Shown in pieces: positions 11,201 through 20,003 of a stretch of 64,000 nucleotides of DNA. Origin of the DNA: Callorhinchus milii (Eukaryota); contig NW_024704743.1 in assembly GCF_018977255.1 (NCBI RefSeq), forward strand, positions 72,976,001-73,040,000, in the 5' to 3' direction. Within the stretch, counting starts at the first letter, position 1. Each line of letters begins with the position of its first letter. Below the pieces are notes generated by a model. It did not search any database, was not told where the DNA came from, and saw only the letters and a program-made list of their open reading frames with translations. Made by a program: the position numbers and the translations under genes.

Positions 11201-13313
11201 TTGCCTTTCTTCTTCCCTTGCCTCCTTCAAGGCACGTCTTAAGTCCCTCCTCTTCGACCGTGCCTTTGGCCACCTTCCTACCCTCCCTGTTCCCCCCCAC
11301 AACTCCCCCCCCCCACCCCGCTTGGGTCCAAACCCCTGATTATCCTGACGTGAAAGGCACTATACAAATTAATATTATATTTACCTAGAAAAAAACCATG
11401 TGTCTCTGTTTACCTAGCGGTAAGTACGAACTCAGCTGTCAGTCGATTGGCAGATCGCTTTTCCAGAGGTAGTAATCCATTTTTAAAAAATAATAATAAT
11501 TTGGTCACTCAATCCAAGACTGTCTGTGGGACACTGCTGTGCACAATTGGCTGCCGCGTTTCTCCCACAAAATATACAGTCAATTCACTTCACAGTATAT
11601 GCTATGAAGTACCTTGAGATGTTTCGAAAATCTGATAAAGAGCTATTTCAGATGTAAGGATTATTTTTTATTATAAATGCAAACTAGACTCTGGTGGTTT
11701 TATGTGTTTACATCTACCTTAGCAACCTGTTTAAAGGAGAGTATTTGTTGAGAGGCATGAAATTTGTTATATTGGCATTGCTGCCCAACAAATTATTAGT
11801 GAAAACAATATTGTTGACCCATTCATTTAAAGTAGACTTTTATTTACTGATTTCATTAACATTATCAGAAGACATTCCAGCAGTCAGCAAAGTGCCACAT
11901 GGTTTTTGAATAAACAATCATAAATACTGTGAAACAGGATTTTAATCCAATTCACTTTCTTGTACTAAAACTTCTTAATGAAAACTATTACAACTGTGGT
12001 ACAGATGAAGATCTAATTTTTCCATATTCAGTTCAGGCAGTCGGCATTTCAATATTTAGTCTTATCTGCTTTTGTCAAAATTCAACCCTAAATCAAGAAT
12101 TTTGGGTTGAATTTTAATGTATTTTTGAAAGAAATATTGAAATGCAAACCTAGATCTACGTGCCACTATTAACATTATACAAGAGGGAAAGTGTAGCTAT
12201 TTGTATTTGGTCTTGACCTACTGTAAAAGAATTTGGCTAAATATTGGCTTTCACAGATTCTAAACTAATTATTTATGATTGACTGTATACACTAGCTACC
12301 TTGAATAGATATGCTGGAGGAGACAAAATATCTAGTGGTAAAGTCGTTTTCCTTCTGTATAATGGACTCCTGAAAAATACAAAATGAGCCATTACCTACA
12401 AATATGTCAGAGGTGTTATTTAATTCTAGGGGAGCACTTATTAAGCCCTGGATTTTCACGGAGATCAAAGAGCAACGACACTGGGACATCTCTTCTCAAG
12501 AGAGGTTTGAAATTCTACAGGATTTCAGGGACTACGGTCTGGAGCATTGGGGATCTGACACACAAGGAGTGGAAAAGAGTAGAACATTCCTCCTAGAGTG
12601 GTTATCATTCTTATGCAGGTAAAGGGCGGTTTGTAAAATTAGCATTGATACATTGCATGTGAACATGATCCAATTTTGCTGTAGAAAGATTCATGTTACT
12701 TTTCTTCTCTTTTTAGATACATTCCAGTAGGTGTGCTGGAACATGTGCCTCAGAAAATCAATGAAAGGCCTCCTTACTATTTGGGCAGAGACTATTTGGA
12801 GACGCTGATGGCTAGTCAAAATGTGTATGACTGGATCAAGATAAGGTAAGGTCACAAGCTTTTGAAATGTTAAGGCTAAGTGATGCTCCAGTCAAAGGAT
12901 AATTCAATTACCAAGTCAATTTAATGTTGCAATGTTATTCTCTAGATTATTTTAAATGAGTCTATGTATGAACATTTTGCTATAAAATTAAGTTTGCTAA
13001 CATTTTGCTTAGTTTCTTACAAATACAGTTTTTTCTCACAAACTCATTTTCACAGCAATATTCCACCATCTGAAAAATGTGGCAATATACGTTTTAATCC
13101 TCGTGGCTCTTGCATGACTAGTGTACCTATTAATATTAATGCAGAAGGTTCTGCTTTTATAATACATTTATTTCAAAACCTAAATGTAATATTACATATT
13201 TACATTGATTCTAAGACTCAATTGTATATCTGTGTTGCAGTGAAATGCTATTGGGTCCAGTTCCATCTAACTTCACCTTCTTGCCTAAACATAAAGCAAA
13301 TGCCTACAAGTGA
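2177..13313 (+). CDS. DUS3L: tRNA-dihydrouridine(47) synthase [NAD(P)+]-like, whole gene span (13 coding exons, 2163 nt, 720 aa)
   Basis: Exons 2177-2256, 3135-3462, 4387-5088, 6240-6281, 6865-7017, 7886-8002, 8752-8817, 8947-9057, 10193-10289, 10910-10985, 12430-12618, 12717-12845, 13241-13313 join with GT-AG ends and consistent phases into one frame. The product has two CCCH zinc fingers, a Dus catalytic domain ([30 protein letters not shown]) and the C-terminus [11 protein letters not shown], as in vertebrate DUS3L. Confidence 0.97.
3135..3462 (+). CDS. DUS3L: DUS3L coding exon 2 ([12 protein letters not shown]...[12 protein letters not shown]...LCSSVCR)
   Basis: ttacag| acceptor and |gttagt donor; conserved RGQNK.RP motif. 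Confidence 0.95.
4387..5088 (+). CDS. DUS3L: DUS3L coding exon 3 (CCCH zinc fingers plus linker)
   Basis: [48 protein letters not shown]; cttaag| acceptor and |gtgagt donor. Confidence 0.96.
6240..6281 (+). CDS. DUS3L: DUS3L coding exon 4 ([14 protein letters not shown])
   Basis: ttttccag| acceptor and |gtaagt donor; 42 nt in frame. Confidence 0.95.
6865..7017 (+). CDS. DUS3L: DUS3L coding exon 5 ([25 protein letters not shown]...DIFGVQ)
   Basis: tttccag| acceptor and |gtttgt donor; Dus domain sequence. Confidence 0.96.
7886..8002 (+). CDS. DUS3L: DUS3L coding exon 6 ([14 protein letters not shown]...[14 protein letters not shown])
   Basis: Contains the catalytic Cys motif NxGCP; canonical splice sites. 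Confidence 0.97.
8320..8680 (+). mobile_element. CR1 3' fragment in a DUS3L intron, preceded by a SINE head at about 8178-8305
   Basis: aaccagaggacacaacc...gtgaacctgtggaacaagctccc, typical of the CR1 ORF2 end. Confidence 0.7.
8752..8817 (+). CDS. DUS3L: DUS3L coding exon 7 ([22 protein letters not shown])
   Basis: tttacag| acceptor and |gtaagt donor. Confidence 0.95.
8947..9057 (+). CDS. DUS3L: DUS3L coding exon 8 ([13 protein letters not shown]...RDWGVSLVT)
   Basis: ttatag| acceptor and |gtaagt donor; PLTVKIR Dus motif. Confidence 0.96.
9770..10192 (+). mobile_element. Degenerate L2 3' fragment abutting DUS3L exon 9
   Basis: cttaaaacttacctcttcaattgtgcc and tail gtgaagggtgctatataaatgcaaattgttgttg match the other L2 3' ends in the window. 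Confidence 0.72.
10193..10289 (+). CDS. DUS3L: DUS3L coding exon 9 ([32 protein letters not shown])
   Basis: ttgttgtag| acceptor and |gtgggt donor; HGR motif; 97 nt keeps the frame. Confidence 0.95.
10910..10985 (+). CDS. DUS3L: DUS3L coding exon 10 ([26 protein letters not shown])
   Basis: ttcctcag| acceptor and |gtgtgt donor. Confidence 0.96.
11040..11380 (+). mobile_element. L2 3' fragment
   Basis: [25 protein letters not shown]2 tail. Confidence 0.85.
11400..11675 (+). mobile_element. 5'-truncated long-subfamily SINE in a DUS3L intron
   Basis: Family body (gggacactgctgtgcacaattggctgccgcg) and tail. Confidence 0.8.
12430..12618 (+). CDS. DUS3L: DUS3L coding exon 11 ([21 protein letters not shown]...LEWLSFLCR)
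   Basis: ttctag| acceptor and |gtaaag donor. Confidence 0.96.
12717..12845 (+). CDS. DUS3L: DUS3L coding exon 12 ([34 protein letters not shown]...)
   Basis: tttttag| acceptor and |gtaagg donor. Confidence 0.96.
13241..13313 (+). CDS. DUS3L: DUS3L last coding exon ([24 protein letters not shown])
   Basis: gttgcag| acceptor; TGA at 13311-13313. Confidence 0.96.
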
Positions 13314-13509
13314 ATGAAGTCAGAGGAATTGTAAGAAACTACATTTTCTCCTAGGAGCCTCTACATATATTCAGAATTTCCATCATTTCAACCAAAAAAA
13401 TCTTACTGGATGTGAACCGTTGGTGTGGGATGAAATTGAGGATTGTATGAATCCCTCTATCAATTGTAAAATCTATGTACTCCGAGCATTGTCCGGGAAG
13501 TTTTTTTTN

Positions 13510-13515
13510 AATAAA
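13510..13515 (+). terminator. Polyadenylation signal AATAAA of DUS3L
   Basis: First AATAAA about 200 nt after the stop, followed by T-rich sequence. An ambiguous base (n) sits at 13509. Confidence 0.6.
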
Positions 13516-13585
13516 CGTCGATTTACTTTGTTTCTGAACTTCTAAAGTGTTTTTCCAAACCTGTTTAAATCACTATGCGATTTAG

Positions 13586-14284
13586 TTAACGTCCTTTTGG
13601 CTTTTTGTACTGCACAATCCATTGAATTTTATACTTTGCTTCTTTGAGTGGACATGGAACGAAGATCTCCTGCTTCCAGTATGGTGTCAGAGATGGTTCA
13701 AAATTCACACATTTATAGTCATTGATGAGGAACTGAGAGAAAGTTGCCCTCTGTGATTTTGATGTCTTTCGATGAGCAGTAATGATGCATTTGAATGGTT
13801 CAAGAGCTGGCAGAGCACGAGGAATTGACATGCACATATTACCGTTTTCTTCAACGATCATTTCATTTCCTGGAAAATTTTGCTCAGCCTTTTTTGGACC
13901 GTCTTTACTTGTGAGAACATCCCAGAAAGATGGGTAGAGTGGTACTGGCAGTTCATAATGGAACCATTCTAAATGTCCATAGGTTCTTACTCCTGGGAGC
14001 GTCTGTGTTGTATGTACTTGCGCATGTGTTGAACTTATCAGTGAAGAATTTCTGAACACATTGTCTTCGTGAAGATTTTTGCTTGCGTTGTCATCCATGA
14101 AATTTGGAGGGTTACATTCCTTTTCAATAAGAAATGATTCCCTGCCTATCACCATTGTGGATAAGCCAAATGCATTGTTAGGTTCCTTCAGTAAAATTGG
14201 TAAGAATCCCACCTTGACCTGTTTGTGAGGAAATCTCCTGGACTGAGAATAGGAGTGCCCCAAAAGAGTTCTTCCTGTGTCCAT
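13586..14284 (-). CDS. Unidentified intronless 232-aa ORF (candidate orphan gene)
   Basis: 699-nt ORF in non-repetitive AT-rich DNA, with strong Kozak context (aatATGg) and an in-frame TGA four codons upstream. I recognise no domain. Confidence 0.5.
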   Translation of the reverse strand: MDTGRTLLGHSYSQSRRFPHKQVKVGFLPILLKEPNNAFGLSTMVIGRESFLIEKECNPPNFMDDNASKNLHEDNVFRNSSLISSTHAQVHTTQTLPGVRTYGHLEWFHYELPVPLYPSFWDVLTSKDGPKKAEQNFPGNEMIVEENGNMCMSIPRALPALEPFKCIITAHRKTSKSQRATFSQFLINDYKCVNFEPSLTPYWKQEIFVPCPLKEAKYKIQWIVQYKKPKGR

Positions 14285-16044
14285 ATTCCTTCTTCATAAA
14301 GGCTTCATGGATGGATAACTGGAAGGTGATTATGCATCACTTATGTTTTGTTCACCGGTTCAATATTTCTTGGGTCTTAACTCACCATCTCGGCCGCACC
14401 AGAACTGTACATCAGAACGTAGGAGAGTAGTTTGTGTGTTCTTTGCAACTGTTACGTCATAATGTCTCGGTTCTGTGTTGGAACGTGTTTGCAGACGGTC
14501 ACATGTCGTCAAGGATTAGCAAAGCAAAGGTCAGCGCTGCATAATTCAAGGCTGAGAGGATGTGTTTCCTCTGCCAGTCCATTAATAGTCTGCCTGCTTG
14601 CTTCGTGCGTTCCTTGAGTCTGGAATTAGCACTTTAGAGGAATGCTTTCAGAGTAGCCATTTCAATTTTAATCCAGTTGGAGAGCGCACTTTTGAAGTGG
14701 CCATTACTGAGCAGAAAGCAGCATTAATGCCAACTACGCTCGAAGAAGTGCTGCTGTCGTTGGTCCAAATGGTCTTTCCAAATCAAAAGTGAAAGCAAAT
14801 TGAATACAGCTACCACAAGGTGATTCTGGTCGATTGGAACTATTCGTACAGATCCAAAAATATTTGTACAGTTCTTGTAAATTCCAATCAGTCATAGTAT
14901 TGATTATGGTTTTACGCTATACAAAACTTTACATGACCATGACAATTGATAAATTAATATTTTAATTGCTTGTAGGAGACTTTCCAGTTGTTTCATTGAT
15001 CTGTTAAATTGTTTGAATTGTTACTCTTGCCTATTCAAAGAAACTAGTGCTGCCACTTGGGGTGGGGGGCTGGCGGGGGGAGAATGGTAACCGAGGTTGT
15101 GAATATATTAAAAGAACAGTGATCTTTGCCAAATAGATGATTTTAGTTCTGCTGCTATGAAGATTCAACTCTCAAAACATTTTTGTAGCTGCAGTACAAA
15201 ATTGTAATATTTTAAATTCCAGCCACAATGTGGCTAATGGAATGGAACACATTAGATTTACAGCTTTTAGCTGGAAATGCCCTTCATCACACTAAGCTTG
15301 ATGACATGATATATTAGTGTACCATTCGAGTAGAAGAATACTGAATTGTCAGCAATTTGATGTTCTCCCCTCAAGCTGACAGTGGAAAAGATGCTGATTT
15401 AGAAAATGAGTGAAATAACCTTTCCTATATTTTCCATAGAATGGTTTTGATTGGCCTCAATCCGGGGTGCTCCGTGGAGTGTGTAACTGGAGGAAACAAT
15501 TTTCATTGGAATGCTTCAAAAGCATTGCTTTTTCTCCCTCCCATATGTGAGCAACTGGCGAGTGGGCACTGACAAGTAAAGTCAATAAATAGCCTGAAGA
15601 ATTTTGACTTCATTAGCAGGTTGATCAGGCTGGTGTTTATCCTGATTGAACACTATTGAAAAAAGACTGCAAAAAAACCCCTGAAATCAGCAAGTTAATC
15701 ACATTAGGGGAGTAAACTTAATGTGAGTCTCCAATCTATGGTGTGCTTTTGAGGGCAGGCGATAGGTTAGGCCTATTTTACCCTCAATTAATGAGTTTGG
15801 GATTTGGGTGCTATTTAATTTCAAACAATAAGAGGCCTGTAACGTGAGGTGTCTACAATTCAAGGTTACATAGTGAACAAAAGAGTCAAATTTAGCAGAA
15901 ATTGGTAGATTTAATGACACATCATGGGAATTGCAATCATTTTCAGAGGGATTAGACTGGTTTTGGTCACTTTGGAGATAAAGGGTTTATTGTTAAATCA
16001 TTACACCGACCCTCTCTCTGAAAATATAACCAGCCAAATTGCAA

Positions 16045-16340
16045 TGACAACAACTTGGATTTATATAGCACCTTCCATGCCGGACGGCGTCTCAAAGCGC
16101 TTCACAGCAACGGATCCCGGGGCCGGGGGAAGGGGAGGAAGGTGACCAAAGGCGCGTTCGAAAAGAAAGGTCTTCAGCTGAGACCTGAAAATAGGAAGGG
16201 AGGGAGTGAAACGAAGGGAGTGAGGAAGGCAATTCCAGAGCCTCGGGGCATAGTGGCTGAAGGAGGAGACCAGACCCGGAGGAATGAAGGTAACGGGTAC
16301 TGTTTTGAGGGGAGAGGAGGTCAAGAGAGGTAGGGTAATA
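16045..16340 (-). mobile_element. L2 3' fragment
   Basis: FSHYAPRLWN, LKTFLFERAF; (TTG) tail. Confidence 0.85.
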
Positions 16341-16531
16341 ATGTAAGTGCACATTAAATGTTCAATTTTTTTTTCAGGCCCATAAGCACTTTGTTTTCAA
16401 ATGTTTCTTTGGTACAATATTTGTTTTCAGTTCTCCAATTGTTGCTTGGCCATGAACATTGACCTTCTAACAAGTCCCTTCAAATAAAGCATTGGGCAGT
16501 GGAGTGCAGGATGAGTGTCAAGTAATACTGT

Positions 16532-16861
16532 ATAATAATAATAATAATAATAATCCTTGCATTTGATATAGCGCTTTTCACGTCGGGAGGACGTCCCAAA
16601 GCGCTTCACAGAACACACTGTAAAGTGAATTGACTGTATATTTGTGGCAACGCGGCAGCCAATTGCGCACAGCAATGTCCCACAAACAGTCGTAGATTGA
16701 AAATGACCAATTTATTATTGTTTTTGGTTTTGGAGGGATTATTATTAGGCTCTGTGTGGAGTAAGGAAACTTGCCCAAGGTTTCGCCCTGACCTGCCTGG
16801 AATTGAACTCAGGTCTCTCGCTTGCAAAGCGAGTGCTCTAACCACTGAGCTACAGGACTCC
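16532..16861 (-). mobile_element. tRNA(Ala)-derived SINE, short subfamily, full length
   Basis: Head GGAGTCCTGTAGCTCAGTGGTTAGAGC with A and B boxes; anticodon arm CTCGC-TTTGCAA-GCGAG; L2-like 3' end; (TTA)n tail. Confidence 0.92.
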
Positions 16862-17493
16862 ACGTATATGAATAAAGACAACAAATTTACATTTATATAC
16901 CACCTTTCTGGTCGGGAGGACGGCCCAAGGGGCTGGACAGTCCAGGGCTTCCACCCGAGGTAGGGGTGGGGGCTGAGGGTGGTGTTGAGGCATGGGAGGG
17001 AAAGATGACCAAATGCATGGTTAAAGAGGAAGGTCTTGAGGCAGACCTTGAAGGGGGCAATGCATAGGGACTGTGGGATAGAGTACCATTGAGGTATTAG
17101 GGCAGATATGCTGAAAGTCTGATGCACGATGGTGGAGCTACAACAAATTACATTCGTATTGCGCCTTTCACGTCAGGAGGACGTCCCAAGGCGCTGGACA
17201 GCCAGGGATCTGAACCTGAGCTAGTGTTTGTGATCAGGAGTTTGGTCTGGAGTTTCACTACAAAGCCAAACAATTAAGAGATGTTAGAATGTGTGAAGCT
17301 ATTCACAAACACATGATTGATTGCTGTATAACTCTTGCATGTTTTCCACAAATGTTAGGTGACTGGCCTATCATTTCAACAACAATTTAAATTTTATATA
17401 GTGGAAGGTGTATCCACTGTATAAAATTTCTCACTGGGTACCGAAGGTGGGAGGAAGAGAGTTGAGTAGCGTCATATTCAAGTCTCATATCTT

Positions 17494-18668
17494 CAACAAC
17501 AACAACTTGAATTTATATAGCGTCCTCCACGCTGGACAGCATCTCAGAGCGCTTCACAGTAACGGATCCCGGGGCCAAGCCAGGGGGAGGAAGGTGACCA
17601 AAGGCGCGGTCGAAAAGAAAGGTCTTTAGCCGAGACCTGAAAATAGGAAGAGAGGGGACGAGCCGAAGGGAGTTCCAGAGCCTCGGGGCATAGTGGCTGA
17701 AGGCACAGCCGCCGGTGGTGGAGCGGAGGATTCGGGGGACAAGGAGGAGTCCAGACCCGGAGGAACGAAGGCAACGGGTGCTGTTGTGAAGAGAGAGGTC
17801 AGAGAGGTAGGAGGGTGCAGAGGAGTGGAGGGATTTAAAAACAAGAGAGGATCTTGAAATCGATCCTCTCTGGGACAGGCAGCCAGTGCAGTCTGGCAAG
17901 GACTGGGGTAATCGGGGAGTGGAGTTTGGTGCGGGTAAGAATGGGGGTGGAAGAATTCTGGATGATCTGGATTTTATGAATGGTAGTGGAGGGGAGAGAC
18001 CGGCAAGGAGGGCATTTTAATAGTTCAGCCGATAGGTGACAAGCGTGGACCAGGATTTTGGCGGCTTTTGGGGTGAGATATTGGTGGAGACGGGCGATGC
18101 GTCGGAGCTGGAAGAAAGCGATGCTGGTGAGGGACTGGATGTGGGGGAGGAAGGATAATTGGAGGTCGAACCTGAGGCCTAGGTTGCATACGGGTTTGGA
18201 GTTTTAGGGGCAGGTCGGGTAGGTGGAGGAGGTGAGAACCGTACAATTTAAGACGTTGATGAGAGCCAAAGAGTATGGGTCCCATGTCTGCGGATGACAT
18301 CCCCAAGAGGGGGCATATAGATTAGGAAGAGGAGGGGCCAAGGATGAACCCTTGGGGTACCCCGCAGGTAACCGGGTGAGAGCGAGAGGAAAAGCCATTT
18401 GTGCAGATGTACTGCTGGCGGTTTGTGAGGTAGGACTCGCACCAGGTGAGTGCGGTCCCACTGAGGTGGACGACGGAGGAAAGGCGGTGGAGGAGGATGG
18501 CGTGATTGACTGTGTCGAAGGTGGCGGAGAGGTCCAGGAGGACAAGGAGGCAGAGGGAGCCCTGGTCACAGATAAGAGAGGATGTCATTTGAGTCTCTGT
18601 ATTGTGGGCAGGGCGGAAACTGGACTGGAGGGGTTCGAAGAGGGAGTGGGAGGAGAGGTGTGCGCGGC
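17494..18668 (-). mobile_element. L2-clade LINE fragment
   Basis: LLVLLDLSATFDTVNH, CGVPQG, RLKTFLFDRAF; (TTG)n tail. Confidence 0.9.
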
Positions 18669-19557
18669 ATAAATATCTTGGTATTCATGCTTTAGCCAGA
18701 GCCTCAGCTATGTGTCTGCTTCTTTGAGTAAATAATGATCCTATGCTACTATTTAACACAGTTTCTCCTGGTGTCTGAACTAACAATCCTCCAGATAAAT
18801 TGGTGATTCACTTCATGGTTGTTTGTGGGATCTTGCTGTGAGAAAATTGGCTGTCACGTTTGGTTACAAATACAGTCAATACACTTGACATCAATTACAT
18901 GATACCATTGTAAAGTGAATATGTTTTTCTTCCATTACTTCATTTCAGCCAACCTCTTACGCCAGCAAAAAAAAATTTAACTTACATTTATCTAGTGCTG
19001 TTTATGCAGGGTAGTATCTCAGAGAACTTAATGATAAGAGCTTGACACTGAGGTTGGGTGGGGAGGCGACCATATACATGGTTCAGATGCGATCTCAAGT
19101 CAGGCAAATTGGGAGCAAGCTGAAGGGATTTAGACAGGGAGGTCCATATTTGTGGTGCTTCGTGGCTGAAAATAGCCACCAACAGTGGAGCAGAGGGGAA
19201 GAGGGACATGCAGGAAGCTGAAGCCAACTGAGCAAAGGAGGTAGAGGGAGGAGTGGGGTGCAAGTAGGTCAGAGAGGTAATAATAATAATCATTGCATTT
19301 GATATAGCACCTTGTCACATTGTTAAGTGCTTCACAGAATATATTGTAAAGTGGAGTGACTATTTTATGGGTGAACGATAGGCAGGTGCCAGGGCATAAG
19401 GTGCATTTGGGGATCTTGAAATCAATCCGTTGTTCAATAGGAAACCTGGCAAGGATTGGGATCTATTGGACTTTTGAGTGGATTTTTGCCAACATATGCA
19501 GATAATGGGGTAGTACTGAATACAAAATGTAAGCATTATTATTATTATAAAGGGCAT

Positions 19558-19568
19558 TTTATTTTATT
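19558..19568 (-). terminator. Two adjacent AATAAA polyadenylation signals of the sorcin gene
   Basis: + strand tttattttatt, about 410 nt downstream of the sorcin stop on the minus strand. Confidence 0.55.
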
Positions 19569-19976
19569 GTGTCATCTTTACTTCCCTCCGAGAGTCATCT
19601 TTCATTAATTGTTTTTTAAAAAAAGCCATACACACAAAATTAGTATAACTCGTGTATTTTAATGAAATAAAATTATGGAACCTATATTTGTTTTGGTGTT
19701 TTTACAAGCTTGTAAAACATTTAACAAAAGTAGTATCCTCACCATTGACAATTTAGTACAAAAATTGTGTTATTAGATATTAAAAGGCTAACAATTTCAC
19801 AATATTGGCTTTAATGAAACATAATGGAATCATCAACATTTGGATACATACCAACCATGCATATTTCTCTATATATGTATTACATAACTGCATATAAAGA
19901 GCAGGCTAATAGACAGTGAATGGATTGCAGAGTTAGGTTCTTTTGGAGGAAAAAAAAGTCAACTGTCCGGTTTCAA

Positions 19977-20003
19977 CTAGATGCACATGGTACATATGAT
20001 GAA
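19977..20003 (-). CDS. SRI: Sorcin last exon (FIICTMCI*)
   Basis: tttctttcag| acceptor; TAG at 19979-19977; matches the family terminus FIxCxMxV/I. Confidence 0.9.
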   Translation of the reverse strand, partial: FIICTMCI

